A stretch of 63,606 nt of DNA, filler included, from Hausera hauseri (GCA_046269625.1; 11 parts of 11 records of this genome joined end to end with filler, not necessarily neighbours in it); one strand, 5' to 3'; numbered from the whole stretch's first letter, positions 12,660 through 25,655 are shown. The notes: a model not told the origin generated them from the letters alone. Program-made: numbers and translations.

Positions 12660-13242
12660 AAACGGAATAAGCAGAAAATTGACGAACAAGCACGTCTGTA
12701 AATAAATCATTTCCTCGCAGTTTAATTGTAGATACTTATTGATTTAGAAAAATTTTTGTACTAGCTAAATTAGAAATAGTCCGTATGTTGGAATTTAGAT
12801 AATCATATATGTAATTAGAATATCAATAAAAGAATAACAAATTTAAAAGAACAAAACGAAAATTAATCTATAAAAAGGAAATTGAACGAGAAGGCTGGAA
12901 TATATAAACAGAGACAAAAATGGACAGAGGACAGAGAGCGAACAGCTGAAAACGAGAAGGTCAAAGATTTCAAAGTGTTGCTTAACCTATTGACAATATT
13001 TTTACTGAGTGACTTATTGTGTTGTATCCGTTCAGTACCGGTAATTGTGGTTTATTAAATTTTTGTACGATATAAATTTTCTTATAGTTTTTCATTGCCC
13101 CATGAGGGTAATTAGACTTCCCTAAGTTTTAAAATCACTTTCAATTTATATAGTTAAAAGAGGATCTTATAACCAGCACGGCACAGCATTCAGTCAGTAC
13201 AAGCATTTTAAAATTTTATCAATGCACAATCTGTCTACTTCA
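12652..13242 (+). repeat. 3' LTR of the large Gypsy element
   Basis: PPT AGGGAGGAGAAA directly before TGTTGTAGA; the putative end TCTACTTCA is an imperfect inverted terminus; internal TATATAAA. The right boundary is less certain. Confidence 0.65.
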
Positions 13243-13449
13243 TTACGGTAGACCTTACCTGTAGATAAAGACTAACTTCAACGTAATTATTGTTATATCG
13301 TGGGAGACGCATAAGGTCCACCCCAATATATAACACATGTGAATATCTCATAAATTGCGTATTTTTATTAATTGTATTTTGTTCTTCTAAACATGCCATA
13401 TAGCGAATTTGTTGTTGGTCAAGTGGTCTCAAAGAAATCTTCTGGTAAA

Positions 13450-14418
13450 ACTTTTAGAGAAATTTAGGAAGAACTAAAAATTACATTCCAATCAGTTTTC
13501 TTTTTGCAAAAATTTTTTGTGAATCGGGTCTATCAAAAAGGAAAGCTGGATCAAGTAGAAAAAGAAAAACAAGTAAGAGAGATAAAAGGCATTTAAAGAA
13601 GACGGTTAAGAAAGACCGAAAATAAGCACCAGAAATCTTTCCACTCAATTAAGGTGAAGTAACAGGGACAGAGATATCATACACAACAGTCCAAGGATGT
13701 GACATGGAATTAAAGAAGAGGAAGACTTTNNNNNNNNNNTTTCGTAAAGATCGTTTAGAAAACTTTACAAAGAATGCAGATTATCTTGGGCCATAGAATA
13801 TCGTCATTGTACATATAAAAACAGTTAATCAAAAGTGATTTTCTCGGATGAAAGGAAATTTGTTTGTTATGGTAACGAGGCAAGATTATGACTTTGGATG
13901 AAAGACAAAGAGAGGTTGCTTGAAGAATGTATTGTTCAAATGGAGAAGTTTCCTAAATCGGTCATGTTACGGGGATGTATAATAGCACATTGGGTTGGTA
14001 GATTGAAGGTTATTGAGAAAACCATGAATAGAGAAGATTACATCGCTAATTTCAAAAAAAGAATTGCAGTGGACAGTACATGATTATTTTGATAGAGATT
14101 CAATATACTGTATTTTCCAGCAAGACAATGCTAGATGTCATGGAGAAAAATCCGAACAATCATTCCTCACGATAAGAGGTTTAAATGTATTAAAGTGGCC
14201 CGCTAAAACAGCTGACTGTAACCCAATGGAGAATCTTTGGAATTTTATGTCAAAAACTGTCAGGTGAAACTTTTGATGGCAAGAATGTCTTAATAATCAG
14301 GTTGCACCATTTGTGGAACAGATAAATTAGTCAAAAACTTTGTGCGCCACTAATTTCAAGCATGAATCGCAGATTGGAAGAAGTCATCAACATGAAGGGT
14401 GGAGTGACCAAATATTAA
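13450..14418 (+). mobile_element. Tc1/mariner (DD34E-type) transposase pseudogene
   Basis: VIFSDE, FQQDNARCH, WPAKTADCNPMENLW, C-terminal KGGVTKY. Confidence 0.9.
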
Positions 14419-14747
14419 TCATCCTTATCATATTTGTTTGTTTGACATATATTCCTAAATGTTCATTTGTAAATATAACCCTTATCATGTAAAATTATAA
14501 AATAAAGAATTTTGTCTGAATTTTCAGCTTTGTATGAAAATGTTGCATCAATCTGTATCATTGTGGTTTTATGTTTTAGCATATTTTACATATATAAATC
14601 AATACAGTTTTTCAAATGTGTAAAGTTGTTATTTTTCGCACCCAAATNNNNNNNNNNNNNNNNNNNNNNNNNNNNNNNNNNNNNNNNNNNNTTAATTAAT
14701 TAANNNNNNNNNNNNNNNNNNNNNNNNNNNNNNNNNNNNNNNNNNNN

Positions 14748-15287
14748 TTAATTGCAAGGTTTTCTTCCGAACTTCCAAATCAGAAGAGCCCAAAATTCGT
14801 AAAATGTCCATAACAAGACATCGAAGATCTTTTTCTTAGTTTTCTCGAAGTCATATTAAACAGTTTAGTACAATTAACTTAACGTTATTGTCACTTTCCT
14901 TTAAAATTAGATCAATATGACAAGTAGCGACAGCTTTAATAGCAGCGACAGCATATGTTAACGTAATTAGTGTACCAGCAGCTTCATATCTAACCGTCGG
15001 ACTGCTGGATTGTAGAAGATTGTATACACAATGAATGAACCTTCCGCGTTCTTGTGGATTTGAATGGCAGACTTTGTAAATCGGTTCAACAATAATCTAC
15101 TGTAAAATATCACCAATGAAATTTCTTGACTTGCATGAAGTAGCATCATAAAAGCATTTAGTTTACATGATGCATCTTGTTCTTGTTCACGAAATTTGTA
15201 AATTTTTTTAGGAGCATCGTGAATGAGAAAATTAAAATTCCTATACATTGCAAAAATAGCGAGCACGGCATTTCGTCTAACATGAAA
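14748..15287 (-). pseudogene. COPB1: Coatomer subunit beta fragment
   Basis: [11 protein letters not shown]...[14 protein letters not shown], then after a frameshift [53 protein letters not shown]. Confidence 0.92.
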
Positions 15288-16362
15288 TCGTGATTTTAGA
15301 ACGTTATCTAACGAAACGTTCTTAAACCCTTCATTCTGTCGAATATCGTCGTAATTCGGAATGTTAATTCCAACTGGCATGCCGCTGTTGGCGAAATTGA
15401 TTATATCCACTGATGTTAAATGGGGTTGAAGAAAGTTGTTCTTTTCGTATTCTATCGGCCAAAGGAGTACTTTAAGAATGGTTGGAGCCGATACGACGAG
15501 TTTGTTAAATTTCTCCGACATTTTCTTATTGATGACGGTAATGAACGCTTCGAATTCTTCATGAACACCGAGCGGATAACGATATGATTCAATAAACCCG
15601 ATATAGTTTTGCATAACTGTTTCTTGTCTTTTATCCTTATTCTCAATCCGAGTTAGTGGGCATCAGTGGAACCAGTTCGAAAACTGTCAATATAAAGCTT
15701 TAATTCAACACTTATTTTGCTCCTATGACGCTTGTCTAACAGTGAAATTTGTTATTCCGTTGGAAACAGACATGAAAACTCGGGTATTGTACGGACTTAT
15801 ATTTTCATTCAAATATTCCTGTGCAATATTCGCATCATTCATCGTACAGTTGTGCGAATAATACGCACTGATTCCTTCTTCATCCAAGCCAAATTGTTTA
15901 TATTTATTTGTTAACCAATAAATTGTCGGTTTGATTATTTTATAAATCGTCATGACAAGATCGTCTTCCTGGTGTGCTTTAGTTGCCGCAATTATTGAAT
16001 AGAATTTCTCCTCGTCGATTCTTGGAATAAATTTCGAATCACCGAATGATTTGTAATTTCCCAAATTGTCGTAAATCATTACAAAATAATTCAAAAAATT
16101 CCTGAAATCCACTTCATAACCAAGTGAGTGAACTGAACATTTTATATCATCAGGCGACTGCTTTCTAAATATTCACTGAGCAATTATAGAGACCAGGCGA
16201 CTCTGGGGAGCATTGCACTAAATCAATAAGTCCGCCATACCATCCAGCCTTGATTAAAGAATGCGCATAATCTTGTTCTTCTGTAGATAAATTTTGAAAA
16301 GCTACATTACAGTCAAGGAAATATATAGGAAATTCTTCGTATAAAACAAAAACTTTATCCAT
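15288..16362 (-). pseudogene. DPP3: Dipeptidyl peptidase 3, N-terminal half, apparently intronless, with stops and frameshifts
   Basis: [43 protein letters not shown]...[25 protein letters not shown]. Confidence 0.93.
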
Positions 16363-16425
16363 AACTGAATATCAAATAATTTACGAGTGACGAAGCAAAT
16401 AATTCCTAACTATGACAAATAATAA

Positions 16426-16435
16426 TCTGACACCA
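16426..16435 (-). promoter_or_regulatory. Primer-binding-site-like TGGTGTCAGA directly after an LTR-like ...TACA end (16437)
   Basis: CA-T-TGG junction, an AATAAA about 40 nt upstream, and similarity to the PBS at 63489. Confidence 0.55.
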
Positions 16436-16709
16436 ATGTAGGTTCAAAATAACTAACATAAAATTCAATAACATTTTTTATTTCAAATTCAAAATTCAAA
16501 GCTGTTTTTTTTTCGTTTATATCATTTTATCTATGTAAACAAATCATCCAACAGTTATTATAATGTTACAAATGTTGAAATTTTCCAATTTGGCACAAAA
16601 GTATAAACCCCTAAAGGATCTGAACTAAGCTTTGAACAACGGAGACTGATGCCGACAGCTCCTTTCACGAATGCAAAATAACGCAAGTTGCTTCCCAAGC
16701 CCATTTCGG

Positions 16710-16928
16710 TGTAGTATTTACTGGAATAGAACATTTCACAATTTCATTTTCTTTCACTGGTATAACATAATGGTAAAATGGTTTAGAACAATAAAATCAG
16801 AGAAGAAAGTTGTACTTTAAACATTTAAATCTGAAGTTCAAAACTAAGAAACATAACATTTTCAACAAGAGTATGTATATGTATTCACATGGTGGGAAAA
16901 TCTCACCGACCACCCTTCACGCACTACA
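16710..16928 (-). repeat. Short LTR of the adjacent Gypsy element
   Basis: TGTAGT...ACTACA inverted termini; the same TGTAGTGC start follows the PPT at 62183. Confidence 0.55.
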
Positions 16929-19215
16929 GTTATGCTGGCGTAAACGTTGAAAGAGTGATCTGAGGTGTTCCTCGTGTTGTTTGGTTGAAGAAGAAACAAC
17001 TAATATGTTATCAATATATGAATGAGCATATGAAAAATCAGAAAGTATAGCATCAATGTGGCGTTGAAAGGTCTGCGCAGCGTTCCATAGGCTGAAAGGC
17101 TGTACAGACATTTGTAAAGGCCGAAAGGAGTAGTTACGGCTGTTTTTTCGATATCTTCAGGTGCCACCGGAATTTGGTGGTAGGCTTTGAATAAATCAAT
17201 GGTAGAATAAATTGTGGTGTTATTAAGATGGTGTAAGATATCCTTAATGAGTGGTAGCGGGTATGCATCCATTATTATCAAAGTGTTCAAATGACGATAA
17301 TCATCACATAGTCTAAAAGTTCCGTCCTTCTTTTGCATGACATGTAATGGTGACGACCATGGGGATTTGGGGTGATGTACTATTCCGGAACGTTTGAGGT
17401 CTAGAAATTCGACTTCAACGGCCATTCTACGACGAGGAGATAATAGACACACCTTTTGACGGACAGGTCTTTGATGTTGTGTTACAATGTGATGAAAAGT
17501 GGTATTGGCTTGTGTAAAAGACCTGTCTTTTTGAATTATTCTAGAACAGGGTACGTTAATGAATTGCTGCAGACTTTCAGGTAATTGTGAAAAGTTTGTT
17601 GGAAGCGAAATGGCTTTATCGGTAACTGTTGCAATTTGGGCGTTATTTGGTTATCTAAAATGAAGCGGTATTCGATGCAGGATGATAGTATTGAAGATGG
17701 TAGTGTAGGTGGTAATTTTATGTAATGATTTGGCAGTGGTAACCGAATCATGCTCATCGTCGTGCAAAATCCAACCGTCTGTAATATTGTTCTTCAATAA
17801 CTTATAAAACAAGGCACCATGATTGCAAAAAAAAGTTTTTTTCAACGGTTTATTTAATATCGGTTTTCGAGTTGCATTCATCCGCACGACAGCCGAAATG
17901 GTATCGGCGTGATCGATTCGATCCTTATTGCAACCACTTGTTAAGCAACGTTGTTTGCAATCGACAAGAAGATTATAGTGCGAAAGAAAGTCGGATCCTA
18001 ACGTGGGTGTCTGGATGTTTGCAACGGTAAACGTCCAGTGGAACGCCGAAGTAAATTTTGAAAGGGTAAAAGAAAGCCTACATATACCGGAAACGTTTAT
18101 CGGTTGTCTGGAAGCTGTAGATAGAGGTTTATCTTTGAATGAAGTGTGTTGAGTTGGAAAGATGAGCGGCAGTAAAGAATTCGCTGCACCTGAATGAATA
18201 AGCAAGTCTATGTGGCGAGTTGTTGGTAACATAGTTACTACTTTTACTGTAAATACGGCGAAAGAAAGTTTTCGGCTGGTAGAAACTGGAGAAAGGCCTT
18301 CGCCAGGACTCGCCGTAAGCTCTTGCGGCGGAACTAGTTTCTTGACATTGGTGAACTTGGACGGCTGTTAGAAGATACGAGAAAACGTCCTACGTTCGTA
18401 TGTTGAGTGTTGCTACTAAATTTACAACCAGGGATGCACTTATGTGAATCATTCTTAAACTTTGCGTGGTAAATGCAAAAAGAGTTGTTAATTTGATATT
18501 TTTGGATGCAAAAGCGGCACCCGACATGACACTTTTGTTCTTTATGAGCAAACCTATCATGGTAAAACAGATCAGCGATCGCATAGGAGAAGGTAACTGA
18601 CCTCTGGGTACAGAGCGTGTGCGGTCGGAGGCGGAACCTTTTCGTTGAGTCATAGAGATTTCATTTAATCTATGTTGATATTGTTTATTGTATTATGTAG
18701 GGCTGCGTTTTCGGCCCGCAACTGTTGTATTTGATATTTTAATATGCTGTAGTTTGCTGTAAGCGCTGCAGAAACAATAGGTTGTGTTTAGGTTTAAAAT
18801 CTCGTACCTTTTGTCTGCAAGTTCGGCTAACTTATCTAGCGCCATCGATTCCTCGACGACGGTAAACAGGGCCATGATCTGAATCGGTAATGCGTTTAGA
18901 AAGTATCGTTGTAAGAGATCGGAATTATTTTGTTTTGTAACGCCGAGTGTTTGCAGTTGAGCGAAAGAGGTTCTGAGAAAATTGGATGGTTTTGTGTACC
19001 GATAGCGTTGTCATTGAAGAATCTATGGATTATGGAATACATAGGCGGTTCCATGAATTTTAAAACTGCATTATAGAGATGGGTTTACGGGTCTGATTGT
19101 TGAAATATGTCTAAAATAACGTGCAGAGAAGTCTTTACTGTGTTTGGTAAGAGGCAAAGTAAGCTATGAGCTTTGGCTGATGGATCAGTAATGTTGTTAG
19201 AAAAAAAGTGAAAGT
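16929..19215 (-). mobile_element. Gypsy element (gag-PR-RT), truncated in RT; same family as 57220-62190
   Basis: SPWSSPLHV..KKDG, DAYPLP, IDLFKAYHQIP, KTAVTTPFG; gag LDKLAELADK. Clearly homologous to the copy in the last contig. Confidence 0.9.
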
Positions 19216-19315
19216 NNNNNNNNNNNNNNNNNNNNNNNNNNNNNNNNNNNNNNNNNNNNTTAATTAATTAANNNNNNNNNNNNNNNNNNNNNNNNNNNNN
19301 NNNNNNNNNNNNNNN

Positions 19316-22300
19316 GTGGAGGCGCGTAGAAATAGAGGACTAGAGAGACGCAAGAAAGATCGCTTGGAGAAAGAAGGGAGAGGCAGGCGGTGAGTAGAAA
19401 AGTCAGTGGAAGTGATAGAAGGAGAGATCGCATGCAAGGGGATGGAGACAAAAGCAGGTTAATGAAAGGAGAGATGAATATTAAGACCGTTAAGAGCAAG
19501 ATTGTTAAAGTTGTGCGCCAAGCGGTGTTCCACTGTGCGGCCAGCTTTCTTGTCGGAAAAGCAAAACCTGATAGAAGTGACAAAAACATGTGCAGTCGTG
19601 GAGTGGCAGGGGCTGTTGAAGTGGCTGCCCGCAGGCATGGATAGTTTTTGTTTGATGCTACGTAGGTGCTCACTAAAATTGTCAGCAACCTCCTACCACT
19701 TTCACCGACAAATTTCATGTTGCAATGCCTACAGATGATAGCGTAGATGATGTTGCGTGATAGACATGTGAAACTATCCCGAATGGTGAAGGGGCCACAG
19801 GGAAGTACAACGAATCGACAAGTGTCACAAATGGACACGTAAGGCAGGGTCTGCCACAAGAAGGATTGCCTCTAAGTGAGTCATGGGTGGTCCAGAGAAG
19901 CTATGGACCACGAGGTCCTTCAAATTACGAGCACATCTGTACGCCACCATTGACCTGTCCCGGAAAATCTCACGTGTGCGGGGATCAGAGAATGGAAGAG
20001 AGAGATAATGAAAGAGGACCCATTTGACCAAGGTACCGTGGGGGTGGAAGGTGAGGGCAAGTTTAATCCTGTCAGAACAATCCGCCCGACTAGAGGTGAA
20101 GGCAGCTTCTCGTGAAAGAGAGGAGACTCGGGAGAGAGCTCATGATGCGAATATGTTCGGGGTATAACCTTCTGCGGGAGAAGTCCATCATCTGACGGGC
20201 GTGTGCCATTAAGTCTTTGTCGGCCTGACAGTGGCGACATAAGCGGAGAAGTTGGGGAGTATTGTAGGGAGTAAAGACAGGAGGGATGAGATGTAGAGAA
20301 AAGCTGTGGGCATCAGTTGGTCTGTAGAAGACAGTGGTGGAGAGTTTGGTAGGTTCAATGGAGAGGAAGTTGACAGAAGTGGACACAGTGCGGGGTAAAC
20401 TTACTGGCTGGATGGAAGTTGCTGACGAAGGAAATGAAGCGGTCGAGGTCAACCTTGGACATGTCCGTGATGCCGATGACATCATCTATGTATCTGCGAT
20501 ACAGAGAAGGGAAGGGACCCTGGTACTGATGCCACACTGGGTGTTCCAAGTGACCCATGAATAAACAGGCGTAGCAGGGTCCCATTTTGGTGCCCATGGC
20601 AACCATACTGATCTGGTCGAAGAATTTACCGTTAAGCTTAAATGAGTTAAGAGTCAGAACCAGCTCAGTGAGGCGGAATAGGACTGATTAGTCTTTGATC
20701 AAGGAAGAAAGAGAGAGCCCGAAGTCCATCCGCATGGGGGATGGAGGTGTATAGAGAAGTGACGCCAAGAAGGAAGAGTTGGTAGGTCCGAGAGGTGGAA
20801 AGGGATACTGAATCAAAGATACGTAGGGCGTGGTTGGTGTCCTTCAATAATGTCTGAAGGTTCTCTACAATAGGTTGAAAGATGCCATCCAGGAAGTCAG
20901 ATATGAGTCCCGTCGGGCAAGAGCAGGCAGAGACGATAGGCCTTCCCGGGTTACCCTGTTTGTGGATTTTAGGCAGCATGTAGAATACTGGCTTGCCTAA
21001 ACAACTGTTGTGGATAAGTAATTGCTTTGCATTGGCGGGGAGGAGGCTATCGGAAATGAAGTCCTTGACAGCAACCTTCTTGCTATTACCAACAGTGGCG
21101 TCGTTATTACGGGGGCTGTAAAAAGTGGCGTTGGAGAGTTGCAGGTAGAGATCCTTACTCCAAACCACAGTTGCGCCACCCTTATCCGCAGGTTTGATGA
21201 CAATATCGTCTAGACGCCGCACTTGGGAGAGAGCCATAGATTTCAGCGGAGGACATATTAGAATATTTGAGGCGGTGGAAAGAGAGTCGCCGTAAAGCCT
21301 GGACAGTGTTGTCAGTATAGAGGTCTAACGCCCGAGAGGCGCCTGGAGAAAGTGTCCAGTTAGACTTACGGGAGAGAAAGCGGGAGAACAGGTCACCGGG
21401 ATCGGGGTCAACCGTAGTGGTGCGGGAGTGGAAATGAAATTTCAGACGAAGACGCCGATGAAAGTGATGGACATCTCTGAGGAGGTTCGAAGGGTCAAGG
21501 GAGGATTGAAGAGGGACAAATTTAGGGCCTTACTTAAGAGAGAGATCTCACTCTCAGAAAGTCCGGGGGTATGCAAACCACCTGAGTGTAGGGGGAGGTG
21601 CAGACGGAATGGGGTTGGGGAGGGGGGCCTGAGGTGGGTAAATTTGTACTCTTTGATAGATGATAAAAAGTCATAGAGTTGTCGGTTGAGAGTATGGACA
21701 ATGCATCTGAGTAAGGGGTACAGACCCAGATAGACAGAATCCGCAGAATAAAATGGCGAAGGAACCACCAGGGAAGCGCAACGAATCGGCTACCTGTAGT
21801 GTGACAGATGAACACGTAATGCAGGGTCTGCCACAAGCAGAAGTGCCTCTATGTGAGTCAGCGAGGTAGTTTCTTACTTGTCCATTTGTCACACTAGCCG
21901 ATTCGTTGCACTTCCCCGGTGGCTCCTTTACCATTCAGGGTAGTTTCACATGTCTATCACGCAACATCATATAGGCTATCATCAGCAGGCAGTGCGACAT
22001 GAAGTATATCGGTGAAAGTGGTAGGAGGCTAGCCGACCGATTCAGTGAACACCCGCGTAGCATCCACGACTGTGAGTAACTACGTCAACACCTCCGGGAC
22101 TGCAGATGTTCTAGTCACTGCTATCAGGTTCTGCTCTTCCGACGAGAAAGCTCGCCGCACAGTGGAACAGAAGTTGGTACACAAACTGAACAATCTTGTT
22201 CCTAACGGTCTCAATATTCACCTCTCTTTTCTTTGACCTTCTTTTGTCTCCATCCCCTTGCGTACGATCCCTCCTATCACTTCCACCTACTTTCCTAATG

Positions 22301-22660
22301 CACCGCCTGCCTTACCCTTTTTCTCTCCCAGCGATCTTTCTTGCATCTCTCTAGTCGTGTATCTTTACGCGCCTCTACACCCCCCTCTCTTCGCGTTAGT
22401 CAGTTCGTGTGCTGATGCGCGACCCCATTCGTCGGATCTATCATTTGACTCTGTTGAGTCCAGGAGGCACTAGTTTCTTAGCACATACGTCTTCATTCTC
22501 CAGATCGACAACGTGTGTGGCGTGCTGGACGTATTGGCTAAGTTCTATTTTCTTAGTTTTTTCTTTTATTTTATCATGGTCTTGGATTTTGTAGTCACGT
22601 CTGTTTTTGTGTTGTGTTTGTTCCTGATGAAGACCTAGTGGTCGCAACGTAGTTTGTTTG
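19316..22660 (-). mobile_element. Penelope-like element (RT and GIY-YIG endonuclease) with an inverted pseudo-LTR copy
   Basis: IKPADKGGATVVW, LPKIHK.GNPGRPIVS, SLYTSIPH, AMGTKMGP.YA.LFM, RYIDD, and C..C...NIIYAI.C..C...VGES.RRL. The GIY-YIG/3' region is repeated on the + strand at about 21880-22385. Confidence 0.92.
22622..22652 (+). ncRNA. Degenerate minimal hammerhead ribozyme in the Penelope pseudo-LTR
   Basis: CTGATGA-A-GACC-TAGT-GGTC-GCAAC-GTA. Stem II is intact, but GAAA is changed to GCAA and stem I is weak. Confidence 0.55.
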
Positions 22661-22849
22661 TTCATTACTTTTCCTTACGTGAGACTTACCCTACCCTACC
22701 TTTGTATTCCTACTCTACCCTACCTTTGTATTCCTACTTGTACCTTCGTAAACCACCCTGAGCGCCCTTGCTCATGTGGGTGTTTCCCAACAGCCTGAAA
22801 TACCTTGACTGCAAGACAATCCGCGCAGAACCAGAGTGCATGACGTAAC

Positions 22850-23490
22850 GATCCCTTTGACAGATCAATGCAAGAGACTCAACTAGGATAAAGCCATCAG
22901 AACTCTGATCAAACACACGATGAAAACACAGAAAGCCAATAACAGCATTTTATGAAGAATTCAATTTAAGTCTAGTCTCGTCAAGATGAAACTAAAAAAG
23001 CCCCAGGGCCCGACCACATCACCAATGAAACTGGTAAAAAAAAAAGAATGCTGACAAGCCTAAATTGTATCAACTATACATGGAGACAAGGTATTGTACC
23101 TGCAGGTTGGAAAATAGCCAACAACATACCCATCCTCAAAAGAATTAAACCACCTGGTGAAATGAATATCCACCGGCCTCTGTAACATCCAGTATTAGAT
23201 GTAAGAGAGATAAACATACAGCTTTAATGGTGTTAAAGGGAAAGGGAATATCCTCAACCAAACACAAATCTTCATATTGAGAACTGGTCACTCTACACTA
23301 AATGCTCACAGAAACAAGACTACAGGAAGATGCAGACATTGTACATACCAAATTAAGACAGCGAAGCACCATCTACTACCTGACAACCCAAACATGGACA
23401 GCCCACATCAAATCATTAAAACTGCCCATTACCACATAATGGCATCAAAGTCAACAAGCGCTGACGCTCGATTACTGTGGATCAAAGACA
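22850..23490 (+). mobile_element. Internally deleted LINE remnant (RT N-terminus and C-terminal CCHC region)
   Basis: KAPGPD, WKIA..IPILK, LRTGHSTLNAH...CRHC. Confidence 0.65.
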
Positions 23491-23859
23491 AAGCATGGAT
23501 GCATTCTTGGTCGGGTTAAGCAATATTTTACGATACTTATATCATCTAATGTGCTCAGAATACATATCCAAAGACTTTGTGGAAGAAAATGCTGCAACAC
23601 TTGCACAAAAGAGAAGGTGCTACTAATTTACAAATACTTTACCAAAGCTCCATTGAGAAGGTTTGTGGTTTAAACCTGTGATCACTGGGCTCCATTTCAT
23701 TCAGCTGTAACTGGGCAGCTGGTGATTTTGTCTGGGACGGCCAGGCATGGTTATAACCACATCATCCTTTCATGTACAATGTAGTTTCAAGAAAATATAG
23801 TACTAAGGCCACATATATAGGTACCTCAAGGTGTTTAAGGAGTTAGATTTAAAGTTTCA

Positions 23860-24032
23860 AGGTCTTTTCGACAGAAGAAACAATGGGAGGATAATATCAA
23901 GGAATGGACAGACCTGACCATCAGCGCACCAGAGAACACAGCAAAAAACTGAGATGAATGGAGAAGGGTCGTTCGGGGGTCATGGAATGTGGCCCAACGA
24001 CTACCATACGTTTTGGGACTGATGATGATGAT
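23860..24032 (+). mobile_element. RTE-like LINE 3' end with a (GAT)n tail
   Basis: RQKKQWEDNIKEWT followed by TGATGATGATGAT. Confidence 0.55.
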
Positions 24033-24349
24033 TCAAGGTCTATGGCACACAAAATCCAAACACCAACTGGAATCCAGGAGGTGTGGAAAAAGAATACAGG
24101 ACACTATAAAACAATAACTGAAACATCTATAAACAGAAACAGTATACAGTAAAAACTTGCTGGTCCAACATTTTGATAATCTGGACCACTTGATAATCCA
24201 ACATTTTGCAGTTTCTCTCTCCACATAAAAAAAAAAAAATTTTATCCGGAAAAGATAGTGACTGAAAAAAAAAAAATCTGAATTTCGGTTCGAAAGACTC
24301 GAGCGTGGAAAAAGTCAAAACATTATTTGGGTACAGTACATCAAAACAC

Positions 24350-24770
24350 TCAAAGGAAAGTCTATAATGGGACCAGTGCTGGAGAAAAAAAAGCAAACAC
24401 TCAATTCTTTACAAATGAGTTTAATTGACAGCTATAAATAACTTGATGGCTGGCTTGCTAATTTTGAAGAAGGGCATGGTAGAAAAATAGACATTAACAT
24501 ACATTTTATATCATGTGCGAATTGGTTGGTGTTTGGGAGGAGAGGGGGACATGGTCCTATATTGCACATAGTTATGATGCAGCCTAAGAAACTAAAATAC
24601 CCACAGCACGCTGCTGTTTTTAGGTGAAAAATTCAGAACAGGGCAAGCCTATAGTAGGACCAATGCTGAAGGAAAAAAGCGAAGACATTGTACGTATAAA
24701 TGAACTTTACTGACAGATGTAAGTTCTCCAATGGCTGGCTTGCTATTTTTAAAGTATGGCATGGTATCAA
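24350..24770 (+). repeat. Diverged direct repeat of about 130 bp (24350-24480 and 24640-24770)
   Basis: Shared GGACCARTGCTG...AAAAAAAGC and ATGGCTGGCTTGCTA...GGCATGGTA. Confidence 0.55.
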
Positions 24771-25369
24771 AATTACCTCATAAACAGTTAATTCAGAGCA
24801 CTCTGAGCCCAAATCAGTCTCAAGAAATGGAGGATGAGGAAGAGCCTTCCAAAAAGTATGCATGGCAAGAAGCTGCTGAATTCACTGAAAAGTCTGTCAA
24901 CTTTGCAGAAACCAGCAGCAGTTACTCCACTTCTGAGACCTTAAAACTCTATGTAATCTTCTGTTAAAAAAATCTGCAAGAGTCAAGCCAGCTGAAATTT
25001 GAAAAATGTTTAAAACAGCTGATGTGTCTCACATTCTACCTACCTCTTTAGCTGCAGAGTATCACAGATATTAATAATCCCTTACCTAAGTGTACAAGTG
25101 ATGTATTAGGGAGGATGTGAAACAGGACAATCATGATCAAGAATCTCAGCATGCAAAAAGTAGATGTGAACTGAAGCAGAACTGAATTTTGTTTCATTTT
25201 ATCTCTTCAAAATTTGAACAATACTTAGCTGCTGATTGATTTTATCAAAAGGATTATATAGTTTAAGGATATTAAGACTGAAATACAAGACCAATTACAT
25301 CACAAGTAGTGTGTAGGGAAATTTTCTGTGTGACATTAACTACTGCATTTCTAATTGTCTTTTCTTGAA

Positions 25370-25655
25370 TCCATAGTCATCGAGCGTCAGATCTTATTGA
25401 CTTTGATGCCAGTATATGGTACTGTGCAGTTTTAATAAGCTGCCATGGGCTGCCATATAGGATATTGTCTATGTCAGGCTGTCTTAGCTCCTGGAGCTCG
25501 GGGCAAGAGAGCAGGTGGTGATTCACTGTCTCAGTTTGGTGTGCACAATGTCTGCATCCTGCTGTAGTCTGCGGGTCTAGTCTGTTTCTGTGAGCATTTA
25601 ATGTAGAGTGGCCAGTTCTCAACCTAAAGATCTGTGTTTGGTACTTGCGTTCAAT
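25370..25655 (-). mobile_element. LINE 3' fragment with a CCHC zinc knuckle; same family as 23240-23490
   Basis: LRTGHSTLNAHRN...CRHC..QTETVNHHLLSCP. Confidence 0.75.

Larger units (their letters stand above)
4275..13242 (+). mobile_element. Large Ty3/Gypsy LTR retroelement with envelope-like and accessory genes; 5' end beyond the contig edge
   Basis: Collinear PR-RT-RH-IN on one strand, flanked by extra ORFs and ending in a PPT and LTR. Confidence 0.88.

Noticed and set aside
22685-22750. Short tandem repeats (TACCCTACCTTTGTATTCC) resembling a CRISPR or telomeric array
   Set aside because: Only 2-3 units, no unique spacers, no cas genes, and a eukaryotic context.
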